Assembly (NCBI GenBank): GCA_965153355.1
Contig: OZ231126.1
Location: forward strand, 46,314,001 to 46,378,000
From: Flaccisagitta enflata
Lineage: Eukaryota
Direction: 5' to 3'
Length of the DNA stretch: 64,000 nucleotides
Made by a program: the position numbers and the translations under genes. The notes under the pieces were generated by a model, which was not told the origin of the DNA, searched no databases, and saw only the letters and a list, made by a program, of their open reading frames with translations. Positions 13,801-27,437 of this stretch are shown here, in pieces. Every line of letters starts with the position of its first letter. The stretch's first letter is position 1.

Positions 13801-15432
13801 ACAACCGTCACCAAGAAGGGGTAATAAAATCCACTAAATCAGGTTTTCCTTAGAGCCTGTTTCTATAATCTCTTTTTTGCAAGATGGCGAAAAAGGTCAA
13901 TTTCAAAATTGAGAAAATTTGACAAAAACATTCATAATCAGATAGCTTATGTCAACATAAACATGGTTCAAAAACTGAATTTTGTTACTGATTTTCGATT
14001 TTCATGTAAATTAGGCTGAAATGCAACAAATGATGATCGAAAATAAGCAAAAATTGAGTTGTTATAGTCAGCAAAACCCAAAAAATGTGAATATTTTACT
14101 AAATCACAGTTCAAGCATTCAATCAGACCTGATTCTGCTGAAAAAAAAATTGTGATTTCAATTTTTTTGAAAATTTTCTATAAGCAGCTTTTTTGGCTGG
14201 TTGGGCCAGTTAGCAAAAATTTACTGAATCTTCTTGCAACGATCAATTAAAGAGGACAATCTCTGAAAGAACCACTGTGCAAAATTTCAGCCAAATCGGA
14301 CAAATATTTCAGAACTTATGCCATTTTTAAAATTTTTGGGTGGTAGGCTGGTTGGGCTGGTTGGGTAAGTTAGATGTGTCCGAGATGCACCAAAAGCTCT
14401 GATCGTAATTGTTTCAGTACAACATTGATCCATGCAAAAAATCTTCAGTCTTTCTATAAGGGTTTCAAAGATATGGGCATTTCATGATTTTTTTTAATTA
14501 CCATTTTGTTAGGATTGCATACATGCGCCGATAACAAAGAATTAACTACAAAGACTCATCTTGAAGCGTGATTATTCTGCAACAATTTACCAACCAATCA
14601 CATTCAAAATTTCATTGTGGCTGAATGCCCGGGAGTTAAGACCTGAAATTTTCAGTGTAGATGCAAAATTTCATGCTCTTTCTCATAGTGTCATCCAAAT
14701 TTTCATCAGCAGTTTCACAATGGCGTGACAATGACCGACTTAGTGCGTGACATGAGCATGACAGAAGAGCTGGGGGGGTGTGCGGAATAATCACGCTTGA
14801 AGAAAAGTGTTATTACGCGGGCTTGGATAGTCACAGTGACATGAAATTTGGAGCATATGTCCGACAAGTAGTCCTCTATTAGATAGAAACCTGAGAAGTA
14901 ATTAACTTTAAGAATTAATAGTGTTTTTAAAAAATATAATCGGCATACTCAGGTTTTGCTGTGAAATAGAGAAAAAATTAGGAGGATCAATTTTTGATGA
15001 TAATACAATATTTGAGCAACTTAGCATTTGCGCAGTTGGATGAAATTTTTTGCACATCACATCGGATTGATGATAACTGATTAAAAGCTGAGAAATGATC
15101 AGATAATCTATATTTTTATAGGTTTTGCTTGTTATTTGCTTGCCCGGACAAAATCCGGACATGTCGATGTGGCCATTTTGACCTTATTTTTAGGCCCCCT
15201 AGGGGTAGGGGTGGTCACAAAAAATGGTTTGGCAAGGTAATCCAGGTAGTTAGGCAGGTCATCAAACTATAAAAACTTGTCATTATGCAATACACATAGC
15301 AGTAACACTGTTAACGTGGTGGTAAGTCAGGTTCTTGCGTCAAAAAGAGATTGTGACATTAGCCTAGAATCAAATACATCCGCCCCTTTTCGCTGAAAGA
15401 TCACTTTCATTATCTATTTGCTCACTAACAAG

Positions 15433-15639
15433 ATGGATTGGCAACCAACAGTTATAATTGGAGTTGTGGTTTTCCTTATTTTCCTAAAATTTCTCCTTTG
15501 CCTCTTCAAAAATGGATTTGCACCAGTTGCACACATTTTTTGCTTTTTTTGCTCACTTTTTGACGGGGCTAGGCGGCGTTGCCGTCGCGGAAATCGAAGC
15601 TCAAGAAAAGCTAGAAGGATACACCCACAGAAAGCATTT
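15433..15639 (+). CDS. Putative small single-pass membrane protein, first exon (or a complete 74-aa ORF ending at 15657)
   Basis: ctcactaacaag|ATG; MDWQPT-VIIGVVVFLIFLKFLLCLF (TM-like)...FCFFC...RRRCRRGNRSSRKARR; ends at TTT|gtaagt. Unique sequence between repeats. Confidence 0.4.
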
Positions 15640-15760
15640 GTAAGTAGATATCAGTAATGTAGTCGTATCTGAAAACTGTGCTCGCAATTCTGTAAAAGGT
15701 CATGTCCGTCCGTCAGTTGGTCGGTTCGTCGGTTGGTTGATCACGAAAACATTTTAAATC

Positions 15761-15853
<93 letters not shown>

Positions 15854-15939
15854 GCTCTTCTCTCTCTTCTCGCTCTTCACTCTCTTCTCGCTCTCTCTTC
15901 TCGCTCTCTCTTCTCTCTCTTCTCTCTCTTCTCTCCTTT

Positions 15940-16450
15940 TTGGGCAGCGGCCCCAAAGGGGCCGATGACCTATGCTTTCACACATAGTGGAAATTTCTCC
16001 TTCTTCTTCTCCTTCTCCGCCCCCCCCCCTCAAGGCCCAAATCCTAGACTCGAGACCCAAATCCAAGCTGGCCAAGCCCAGGCTTGAAGCCCAGCCTTGA
16101 GGCCCAAATCTGTCTCCAGGCTAAAATCCCAGCCTCAGGCTCAAAACCCCTGAGGCTTCATGGCTCAAATCCTAGCCTCAAGCAAATCCCAGCTTCCAAG
16201 CTCAAATCCCAGCCTCAAAGCTCAAATCCCAGCCTCAAAGCTCAAATCCCAGCCTCAAAGCTCAAATCCTAGCCTTGAGGCCCTAATCCAAGCCTCAAGG
16301 CCCCAATTCCAGCCTCCAGGCCCTAATTCCATCCTTAAGGCCCAAATAAAAACAGCATAGGTCATTGGACCCTTTGGGGCCGCTGCCCCTCTAACCACCT
16401 CACACCCACATACACTCACATAGGGGCAACGGGTACCGCTGACCATCTAA
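15940..16450 (+). mobile_element. Family B non-autonomous element with subterminal inverted repeats and ~20-bp internal repeats; related copies near 2245-2450, 19875-20300, 22880-23180, 25869-26150 plus 29850-30030, 45815-45950, 52985-53330 and 63557-64000
   Basis: GGGCAGCGGCCCCAAAGGG...GACCTATGCT pairs with AGCATAGGTC...CCCTTTGGGGCCGCTGCCC; internal (CTCAAATCCCAGCCTCAAAG)n; tail GGGCAACGGGTACCGCTGACCAT. Confidence 0.75.
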
Positions 16451-16475
16451 CGCTTTTGCGACTATTCTTCTCTCT

Positions 16476-16543
<68 letters not shown>

Positions 16544-16627
16544 TCTCTCCCCCCCCTCTCTCTCTCTCTCTCCCTCCTTCTCTCCCCCCTCTCTCTCTCT
16601 CTCTCTCTCTCCTTCTCTCCCTCCTTC

Positions 16628-17457
16628 TTTTTGGCAAGAGTATGTTCCAGAGCCAAACCATTAGTATTTGACCCTTTGCCACCTATTACAGCTGTTTTAA
16701 AACATTTACGACATAAAAAAGTGTGAAAATATCCTTTTTTATGGCATTTTACGGCAAAAAATGACACTGAACGACAATGAATTCACACGATTTTTGGTAA
16801 GAATTTGTTCCAGAGCCAAACTATTAGTGTTTGACCCATTGCTACCTTTTAGAGCTGTTTTAAAACATTTACGACTTAAAAAAGTGTGAAAATAACCATT
16901 TTTACAGCATTTTACGGCAAAAAATGACACTGAATGATGACGGCTCCACTCAATTTTTGGCAAGAGTATGTTCCAGAGCCAAATCATTAGTATTTGACCC
17001 TTTGCCACCTATTACAGCTGTTTTAAAACATTTACAACTTAAAAAAGTGTGAAAATAGCCATTTTTACGGTATTTTACGGCAAAAAATGACACTGAATGA
17101 TGACGGCTCCACTCAATTTTTGGCAAGAGTATGTTCCAGAGCCAAACCATTAGTATTTGACCCTTTGCCACCTATTACAGCTGTTTTAAAACATTTACGA
17201 CTTTAAAAAGTGTGAAAATAGCCATTTTTACGGCATTTTACGGCAAAAAATGACACTGAACGACAACGGCTTCACTCGATTTTTGGTAAGAATTTGTTCC
17301 AGAGCCAAACTATTAGTGTTTGACCCTTTGCTACCTGTTAGAGCTGTTTTAAAACATTTACGACTTAAAAAAGTGTGAAAATAGCCATTTTTACGGCATT
17401 TTACGGCAAAAAATGACACTGAACGATGACGGCTCCATTCAATTTTTGGCAAGAGTA
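16628..17457. repeat. Tandem repeat, 163-bp unit x5 with two variants
   Basis: TTTTGG(C/T)AAGA(GTA/ATT)TGTTCCAGAGCC recurs near 16628, 16792, 16955, 17118, 17281, with a partial start at 17444. Confidence 0.92.
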
Positions 17458-17492
17458 ATTATATAAACATATTGAATAATGAAAATTTTGAT

Positions 17493-17691
17493 TAACAAGG
17501 CCGGATACACGGCTACCCCAGTCGCGTGCGGGTGGGCAGGGGCCATATTTGAGGTCAGTGGAGCATTTGGGCAGGGAGCAGATAGTCTAAAACCCATAAA
17601 CGCCAAAAAGTAAAGTGTGACGGACTGACGGACCGACGGACGGACCGACGACCGACAAAGGGTGTAGAGTCGAGGTAGCACGCGACTAAAT
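17493..17691 (+). mobile_element. Family A short element; related copies near 1245-1465, 1926-2103, 6185-6372, 17870-17992, 20490-20760 and 34070-34188
   Basis: AACAAGGCCGGATACACGGC...AGTCGCGTGCGGGTGGGCAGGGGC...(GACG)n...GTAGAGTCGaGTaGCACGCGACTAAA. Confidence 0.75.
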
Positions 17692-18382
17692 ACTTGTTTG
17701 GTGGTACTGGTAAGTATTATTAATAAACAAGGCTAACACTATGTCGAGTGCAGGACAAAAATAACTGAACAGACCTGACTCCTTATTGTATCTTTTTATC
17801 GAAAATCAGACTTAAATGCAACCCAAAAAGACCCACACCCACACTATATATGAATTAAAATGACCAAAGAGTTGAAGTTATAGTACAAAAAAGTAAAGTG
17901 TGACGGACCGACGGACGGACGGACCCACGGACGGACGGACCCACGGACCGACAAAGCGGGTTGTAGAGTTGCGTGCATGCGACTAAAAAAATGTATCCTT
18001 AGGCAACCGTCCATTGCAGACTTTGTCAAGCATCACTGACATGGGTCCTTGATGCTTATATCTAAATCATTAATCTTGTCTATTTATCATTCTCATCATT
18101 ACTGCTAATGCTCATTTCTAATCCCTGTTTTTTTCATGTTAAGGATACATCATGAAGCGTCTTGAATAGATAGTACTCATATAAATAGTGATATTCGGCA
18201 ATAAGGCACCTCGCCTATAAGGCATGAATTTGTCCGGTCCCCTGAGATGCGCTCTAGTGAAGCTCGACTGTATAATCATATAAAAATCGGTGACCATTGG
18301 AAAGAGCTTCAAAGAATCTGCCTGATGCTGCCAAGCTGATTTGTTTAATTCAAACTGTTTAGATTTCATATCAAAATGAATA

Positions 18383-18645
18383 CACTTTTTTTTATAAGAG
18401 ACAACCTTTTTTCAACTCAGCCTGAGTGTTCTTAAATTTCAAGTCATTTTCAGCCTCGAATTCTCTTAATTTGTTCTTATTTTTCCCTGACTTGGTCCGT
18501 TATCACTAATACTATCACTGATACTGATATCACTACTACTGATATTACTACTGTTACTACTACTGTTACTGCTACTGTTACTACTACTGTTACTACTACT
18601 GTTACTACTTCTACTACTACTATTACTACTACTACTACTACTGCG

Positions 18646-18733
<88 letters not shown>

Positions 18734-18984
18734 ATACTACTACAACTACTACTAGTACTTCTCTACAACAACTAAAATTACTGCTACAACTACTACAACT
18801 TTTACTACTACTACTTTTACTACAACTACTACTACTACTTTTACAACTCATACTTGTAATAGACAAAATAAAAATTAGCTGAGGCAAAAGTCAGCCTGAG
18901 CTGTCTCTTATTTTGTTCTTAGATTTTCAGAGAATCTCAACCTCATGTCTCTTTTAAAAAAGTCTCTTACAAAAAAAAAAAGTG
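18383..18984. mobile_element. MITE (TA TSD) containing an (ACT)n expansion
   Basis: TA|CACTTTTTTTTATAAGAGAC / GTCTCTTACAAAAAAAAAAAGTG|TA. Confidence 0.72.
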
Positions 18985-21625
18985 TACGCCTAGCAGTTTT
19001 TTTTTCACCGCTATGTTCAACCTAGGAGAACAGATACTTTCTCTATGGTTTTGGGTAGTCCAGGCCATGTACAATCCATAGCAAAAAGAAGCAAAATCTT
19101 TCCAGGAGCGCCTTTTTTAAAAATTCCATTTTTCTGGGGGCTGTCGGTACAGGTCATTAAATTTTCCCTTTTTTTGAACTCCTCCCTTGTTTTGCTTGTA
19201 ACTTTTACACGAATTGAGCTAGAAATGCCAGATTGAGCTCATTGAGAAGATCTTTTCAAGATCTTTCTAACCGTCACCAATTTTTTGTGATTTCGATGAA
19301 AAATAACCAAGTTATAGGCTGTCAAACATGAGCAATGTTATTGAGATTTTGGACGATTTTCCAGATTGTTATTTTTCTCCTTCTACATTCACAATTTTAC
19401 TTGTTTTGCTTATAACTTTTGAATGGATAAAGCTAGAAATACCAGATTGGTCCCATTTTAAAGATCTTTTCAAGATCTTTCAAGCCGTCACCAATTTCAT
19501 GTCAGTTTCTTGAAAAACAACCAATTTATAGGCTGTCAAACATAGGCATTGTCATGGGGATTTTGGAGGATTTTCTCACCATCTTTTTTTCATGGTCTCA
19601 TCCTGTTTTAAGTTCCATCCTCACATCTCTGTGAGGAGCTGTGTCTTAGTTAGGGCCAGTATGTTGGTTCGTCCAATGGTTTGTCTACCCACTTGTTGGC
19701 CCATTTATCAGGGAGATTTAAAAGAATTGTGTAATGTGAACAATGTTCAATTGAACAGGATGCAAATTGCCCCAGGGGCAATGGAATCATACTTCATATG
19801 AGTTTTGTTTTTCTCAAGTATAGTCAGCCCTTAAAAACAAGTTTGGAGAGGCAGAAAAACAAGAGTGGATATGCAGAGCAGCAGTCCCATAGGGGACGAG
19901 GTGTTGTAGATCTCAAGGGGACTTTGGTCTGTCCATCCATTCATCTGACTAATAAGGACTAATTTGAGGCTTGGGATGGCTGACTGGACGACCGATAAGG
20001 CTGATTAACTGTCAGAGACAATTGATTTGAGGAGTAAAAGGGTGGGTTATGGTGTGGAAAAGCCTAAAAAAGACAAAGTTGTGTAGATTTTAGAATTTTT
20101 GAGGCTGGAGAGGACTGACTGGGGAGGATAGATTTGAGTATTGAGGGGCTATTTTGTGGTTTGGAAGGGCCAATTTGAGGCCCAAAGGGAACTGATAGGG
20201 CCAGTTTACAGCCTCAGTTGGCTGATTTGAGACCTGAGAATGCTGATAAGGGTGGTAAGGGCTTATTTGAGGACTTACAGGGCAGACTTGAGGTTTGGAA
20301 GAGCCTTAAAGGTGACAAAGTCTGGAAGAATACAGGGCTTCTCATGCTTCATTTGGAAAAAAGTTGAAGATTCAAAGAACCTTTGGTTTTTTGAGACCTG
20401 CAGAAAAATCCAGTTTTCCTTTTTTCTAGCGAGTGGTTTGGGCTGAATGGGACTCCGCATGAAATTAATAGCTAAGAAAGAGCGATTTTTTTAGTCGCAT
20501 GCACGCGACTCTACACCCCGCTTTGTTGGTCCGTTGGTCCGTCCGTCCGTCGGTCCATCGGTCTGTCTGTCCGTCCGTCACACTTTACCTTTTTGTAATA
20601 TGACGTCAACGCTTAGGTCATTTTACGTCATTTTAAGTCATTGACAGTCATTCTAAGTCATTTTGAGTCATTTTAAGTCATTTTAAGTCATTTTAAGTTA
20701 TTTTAAGTTATTTTGAGTCATTTTTGGTCATGAGGTTTTTAGTCATTTTAAGTCCTTTTTGCCAAGGCGCCTTGGTCTGAAAATACTAAAGAAAAAGATG
20801 TTAATAAAATCAAAAAAACCTATTGTACAAAACTGTTCAAAAATCCATCATCCATGTCTACCCAAGTGATTACAAATGATATTTGGTATCAAAAAGCTCT
20901 GAACTAAATATTTCTATAGAAAAATTAAATACAGGAAATAACAGCATTAAATAACTATATTGTCTTACTGGGACTTTTATTTTGTCCATGATGGTACTCG
21001 AATTAAAGCTTTGCCCAAACGGGAAAACCCGGTAAAAACAAAAGATCAGTAGCGTCTTCGAAATTTCTTCCTTGTTTTCTTATGGCAGTTTCTCCTATAA
21101 ACCGGGCCGGCAAAAATTGAGTGCCTGATTGAGTTAACATTGAAAAAAATAATATAATTCAATGATAGTTGCATCTATCAGCTTGAAATTTGGGTTCTAG
21201 GCTCAAAATTTGATACTTTTTCAAGTCACACTGAAAAAATCACTTAAAGTAGGCTACTGAAACGCGCCAACTCAGAGAAATTGAGAGAGAGAAAAAAGTT
21301 GTCAGAAATTTTAATGTCCCTCAACCCTAGCATATCTGCTACAAAATCTAAGAAAATATCATTATTTTCATCAGACTTTGCTTGATTAATCACAGAGTCA
21401 GACCACAGTACTTTTTTTGGCGATGAAAATAGTAATACTTAACAGAAATTTAAAAAAGTGCTTAGAAAACCTCGTTTTGAGTGAAATCAGAGAACCGTGT
21501 GGTCATGTTCTCCCATACGCCTTGTATATTAAGCTTTGCTGATTCTAAATCTGTTTTTAAAGATCTCGTGCGATATGGCGGAAAATGGCGAGAGGCGAAA
21601 CCGTGAACCCTTTTTATTAGAGGTA

Positions 21626-22714
21626 CAGTATGATTTTTTTCAAATGAGACAAAAGATGACAACATAAATCATAAACGAATTAACATAATCAAATTCTGAA
21701 AACAACACTTGAAAAAGCAGGTTTTGGCATTTATTCATGCCAAATTTCAGCATTTGGTCTCAAGTAATTTAACTTCAATTTAGATTTGAAGTGAAGATAT
21801 CAATTTCTTTCTGCTCCTATGGCAAAGAAGAAAAGCGAAAACTTTGTTTGCTAATTTTGGCTTAACCATGGACCTGAACTAAAGAAAATCCATGACCGTT
21901 TGAAAGCTCTGCAAAAAATATTCCAAATGCGATGTTGTTGGTAATCGTAGCTTTATTTGTTTTGTAATGGCAAAGGTTTGAGGAAAAAGTGTGCTGATTG
22001 AAAAAAGTGCTCATTTCCATTTTTTCCAATGAGCAATATAATCTTTCTGTTTTTGTCAATGATGCAGCTCAGGATTGTTCTAGCTACTTGTTATCCATGA
22101 GCAAATTAAAGGGCTTTAAATTTGGCACCAAGAACAAATTTCTTACTCAAAGTGTTTGATTTTTATGAAAGTTGGACAACATTACTACTCCACACTATAT
22201 AAAGGACAAGAGCCTTTGGAGCTCTTAATGGTGTTTAATCCGGACCCATCACATTATGTAATATGACCCATCATATTATGTAAGAATAAAGATAACCCAT
22301 GAAAATCACGTAGTTAATTTACAAACTCTTGATTACCTGTCTTCATCCTAATGCCATTTCTAAACGGACAGAGCTAGGACATCCAGCAAGGTCTCATATG
22401 AAAGTTCTTTTGCAGAGCTTCAGAATGGTCATAGATTTTGCTATATTTTTCCCATTGCTTGAATGTTAAACACTGACAAACAAGTAGTTCGCTTTTTTTT
22501 TTTTGCCATAAGAAATGAAAAGGTATTTTGAAAGATTCATAGTTTGGCTTCAAAAAGCGATTGAGGCTAAACTATTTGAGACCGAATGCAAAAATTTGGC
22601 ATGAATAAATGCCTAAACCTACTCTTTCAGGCTATTTTTTCAAAATTTGATTATGTTGATTCGTTAATGATTTATGCCGTCATCTTTTGTCTCATTTAAA
22701 AAAAAATCATACTG
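21626..22714. mobile_element. Tc1/mariner-type non-autonomous element with ~200-bp TIRs (TA TSD)
   Basis: TA|CAGTATGATTTTTTTCAAATGAGACAAAAGATGAC / GTCATCTTTTGTCTCATTTAAAAAAAAATCATACTG|TA. Confidence 0.85.
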
Positions 22715-25346
22715 TAGGAGAATAGATATTGTCATGGAATCGACGTGTAAAACTGACGCAGACGATTCATGCGTCGTGTTCCCGTTGCTACGTAATGCTG
22801 ACCAGGTGTGATACTTGGATGAATTGATGTTCTTCTTCTTCTTCCCTTTCTATTCTAGTTCTTCCTCTTTTTGCTATTTTTGGGCAGCGGCCCCAAAGCG
22901 CCAATGTCCTGCAGAGCATGGGGGAATTTCGAGATGTCCGTCCATCCTGCCCTCCAGCCCTCAAATATGCCTTCAGTGGCCTAAATCAGCCAACTAAAGC
23001 CTGAAATATGCCCCTCAGGACGGACTGAAGGATGGACGGAAGGATGGACGTCGCAAAATTCACCCCTTTGTCCTACAGGACATTGGCCTTTTAGGGCCGC
23101 TGCCCTGCTCTCACTCCATTTTTTAACTGGATCATTCCCAGCAGGGCATTGGGTACTGCTCTAATGTGCGATCCTTGGATGACTTATTGCAGTAATGATT
23201 TTTTTTTCCAATTTTACATATTTCGTGAGGCAAAGTAGAAATTGAAGTGAAGGTACTCTTTCACATACAGCGACGTCTTATTTTCTTTCAGACAGTTACC
23301 GCCCCTGCCCACCCATGACCATATTTGCTGTTTCTTTGGCCCTAATGCAGAGTTTGAATGCGCCCCTATAAAGGGTTCAATTAAGTTTTGGTCAGTGTGT
23401 CTTTTCTGGGTCTCTGTCTGTCTCTGCCTGTCTCTGTCTGTCTCTGTCTGTTTTTGTCTCTCTCATTCTCTCTCTGATGAAGCATGTTTTGACCTATCAA
23501 AAGACGTTTTAGATTTGGTGCAAAATGAGACCATTACACTGATGTTTCGACTCTCTAGCAATCTCACTCATTCCAGCGTGTCAGCCAGTATCAAAATTAG
23601 TCACCTGGCGAGATTTTACTGTGTGGGCGCACATATTAAAGCATTTTGAAACTCGGTATGGCCCAATTTTTTTGAGGAAAAAAAAGTGCCAGAAAACGAT
23701 TGGCGGATTCCACTCACAATCAGTTACATAGGGGCCATGAAAATTATCCAAATTGTCATTGATGGTTCTAATTATCAAAATACAAGTAATTACGAGTCAA
23801 TCCATGTGCGCGTAAGGATTTTTGACCATTTTAGCCGTTTTCGATTGAGTACCCTACTTAAAGTCTTAAACTGTGTTACACCGTCTTTAAATCGAATTGA
23901 GTTATGTTAAACCTTTATAAATCCTCAACTACTTGGCAAAAAGTCTTCAAATTTTCAGAGAATGTTGGTAATGTACTACGGTTTTGTCAAATATAACTTC
24001 AATTTTTGGTCATGGAAAGGTGAGGATCAGCAAATCATTGAAAAAAGTGGATTCTTATGAGCAAAATCACATATTTCATAGGGTTTTTTGAAAGAAGTTG
24101 TTATTATAAACTTACCATTATAAAATACATTGAGCTGGAACCCTGAGACTGGTCTCCAATATAAAAAAAAGATCATATCTTTTAGTTTTGGCAAAATTTT
24201 TGACCATTTTTTACATTTATGAAGATTTTGATCAATCAACCAGAATTTGAAGTCCGCATGACAGCAGAATTTTTTTTTTCAAATCAATTGTAACCTCTTG
24301 AAATATCCAAATTTTCTTAAAAATTTTGACAGAATTGAAATCTATGATATATTGTCAGCCATTTGAGACCTTCCCGGGGCTTTTTCACTTTAGAAATAGC
24401 GTGCAAATAAAGAAAGGTTCTTTGCAGAAGAAAATATGGAAGAAATGTCGCTGCTTCAAAAGTGAATTTTATTTGATGTTTTGCCAATCTTCAACTATCT
24501 TATACTCTAATTTGAGGTTTTGTATAACAAAACCGTAGTATGTTGCCAACATTCTCTGAAAATTTGAAGACTTCTTGCCAAGTAGTTTAGTGTTAACTCG
24601 ATAGGACACTTTTATAAAAAATCAATATCTCCGGCTAGAACAGACATGAAGGTCTGAAATTTGGCATATAACCTGGGTTATGTCTTTACTAAACAGGGGA
24701 AAAAAAGAAATTTTCCATCACACTTAAAAGTATGCTTTTTTGTGCACGGCATATTTCTATATCAAGATTGAATATGTTTTCATATTTGACAAATCAACTA
24801 TGAGAAAACTTTTTCCATAGTAAATGACCACCGATCACCATGAAATTTTTGGTGTTTCTTTAGAGATAGTAATGGTACAAAAATGACCCATAGTTGAATA
24901 GGCTTGACAATTTCTTGGTGTCTTCATCATAGTAGATATGAAGCGTGACACAAGTGTGACAGTGAAAATAGGCTTATTTGGCTCTACTTTTGGCCACCTA
25001 ATCTATCAAAATCTTGATTATGAAGCATGTATGTTAGACACTTGGTCCCAGGGGATGTGTCAGAACAGCTATTATTATCAACAAAATGATTGGTGGGAGA
25101 AAACTGTGTTTTTTTTTTTTGCTTGCCAAATCACTTTATAGGAGAAATTGCCTAATATGGTAAAAAAAAAAACAAGAACTGGGATAAGGACAAGAGTCAC
25201 AGGAGCACTCACTGTTGTTCAATCCAGATCATACACAACTATCCTTAAAGATGATAATCATCCAAAATCCACAACGAACAATACCAAAGTGCTACTCAAG
25301 AGATCCAAATCAGTGAAAATGAAGAAAAAACTGAAGCTCGACTTAC

Positions 25347-25577
25347 CTCCAACGGCAGCACTTATGCCAAAGGTGAAAATTGAAAGAACACCCGTTGAAA
25401 CGCCAACCCCAATTGCCACGTCTCGAGCTGTCTTCAGCTCCTTTTGCTTGGATCGAAGCATATTAAGGGCTTCTCTGCCTTTTTGTTCCCAATGCTCCAT
25501 GCTTTCCCTTGCCCGATCACGATGATTTTGGGCTTCTCGTTTTCTGCGCGTTGCATCACTTCTTTTGATCTTCAAAT
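25347..25577 (-). CDS. Orphan internal exon: charged helix followed by a Gly/Ala-rich hydrophobic segment
   Basis: ttttttctcaatcaag|AT...GGAG|gtaagt; 231 nt, phase 1-1, open: LKIKRSDATRRKREAQNHRDRARESMEHWEQKGREALNMLRSKQKELKTARDVAIGVGVSTGVLSIFTFGISAAVG. Partner exons were not securely found. Confidence 0.6.
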
Positions 25578-26188
25578 CTTGATTGAGAAAAAAGATACAG
25601 TTGAAACCTGATTAGTGACCTGAATAAGGACTAAGGACAGTAAGTTGTTAAATGCAAATGTGGTTTGATTAAATAAAATTTGGTTAGACAGCGCGACGGT
25701 GAGTTTTAATGGAAAGGGTTTGTTTAAACCATTGAGACCAGTGCACTAGGAAATCTGAGGTGAAGTAAACCCCAGGAGTTGAACCCGATTGAACCCAAGG
25801 AAACCCCCAGCAACCCAAAGGTAACCATGAGCTTAGATTGTGCTTGGGGTTGGTTGAGGTTGCCTTTTTGGGCAGCGGCCGCGAAGGGGACGAAGTCCTG
25901 TAGAACACAGGGGGACTTTCTGTCCGTTCATTCGTTCGTTTGTTCATTTGTTCGCCCCCCCCCCCCTTCGTCAAGCCCCTCAGGCCTCAAATCTGGCCTC
26001 TCATGCCCCAAATCTGGCCTCTCGGGTCTCAATTCCAGTCTCTTTGGCCTCAAATCCAGCGCCTCAGGCCTCAAATTGGCGTCTTAGGCCTCCAATTTGG
26101 CCTCTCAGGCCTCAAATCTGGCCTCTCAGGCCTCAAATACTAGGCTTCTTGTAGCTTCAAATCAGCCATTTAAGCTTCACTTCGAGTA

Positions 26189-26765
26189 CAGTGGCCTGTG
26201 GACACAGCCTAAATTGAGGAAGGCATTTAAGTTTCTGGATGCTGACAAACTGATATTTGAAATAAGTTGTGCTCACGGGATGTTTTTTTATCCTGAGTTT
26301 TTCGGTTGTTATATCCAAATTTTTTTGAACATTTATAACGACTAGAATATCAATATTTTGATATATCATCAGGGAACATTGCTCAGAATATTTGTTACAA
26401 TGCTTCCACAGTATGTCCTGCAAGAATATTGCCTGCTGAATGCTGTTAGATCATCATTTGCGGTTGCTAGGTGTGATGCCCCCTAGCAACGGCCAAACGA
26501 GCAATATTCTTACAGAACATACTGTGGGAAAGTTGTAGCAAATTTAATTTTGAGCAATGTTCCCTGACAATATTTCTCAAAATCTTGATATTTTAGTGGT
26601 TTTAAATGTTTGAAAAAATAATTTTGGTTTCCATAGCAACCAAAAAACTCAGGGACAAAAGCATCGAGTGAACAACTTATATTTCAAATATCAAGTTTGT
26701 CAAATGAAATTAAGACACTTAAATACCTTCCTCCAGTTTAGGCTGTTATTCCACGAACCCCACTG
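26189..26765. mobile_element. Tc1/mariner-type MITE (TA TSD)
   Basis: TA|CAGTGG...ACAGCCTAAA / TTTAGGCTGT...CCACTG|TA; the core is similar to that of the 44873 MITE. Confidence 0.8.
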
Positions 26766-27437
26766 TATGCACGAAAATGTCTTGATTTTGATGTCTTAGC
26801 ATGATTTGTCACAACAAAATTTGTCTTAAATTCAATGTCTTAAATATTTAATGTCTTAACAAAAATGTCTTAATCTGGATGTCTTACCAAAAATGTCTTT
26901 TTTCATTTATCCATCTATGTATTTCATCTTTCAATCGTTCGTTTACATGTTCAGCTATTCCTTTTTTCATTTTTGTTGTGCCGTAAGAAGTCATACAAAA
27001 CCAGCCTTCCAACTGCAATGTAAGAAATGAATTGGACGCTAGCAACAGTCTACGCCAGTTACATTTTTGTAAACATCAAGATTGGAAGATAAGTCCCTTA
27101 GATTTTTTTCATAACTGCGCTTTTCAATTCAAGAAGCAGAAAAAAAGAAAAGGTAAAGTTCGTTTTTCGTTTTTCGCGCTTTTTAACTTAGGAATCATTC
27201 TTTAAAGTAAATGTTTTCACCATTCGTTTTTAATTTCTGTGAACATTGCACAAGTACGAAAAATGAAGACATGAAAATTAGGACATTTTTGACCATACTG
27301 ATTTAATAAAACAAAGATTAAGACATTCTTGTCATTCAATTATGCAGAAGTTCTGAAAGGAAAGGCTCATTTGGCAAGGAAAATATCCACGCAGAATGGA
27401 CGATAAGACTGAATAAAGTTAGTATTGAGAAAAGATA

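Noticed and set aside
11490-15365. Two probable old DNA-transposon remnants (~11490-13358 and ~13853-15365)
   Set aside because: Only weak, imperfect terminal similarity and no TSD or ORF, so boundaries cannot be supported.
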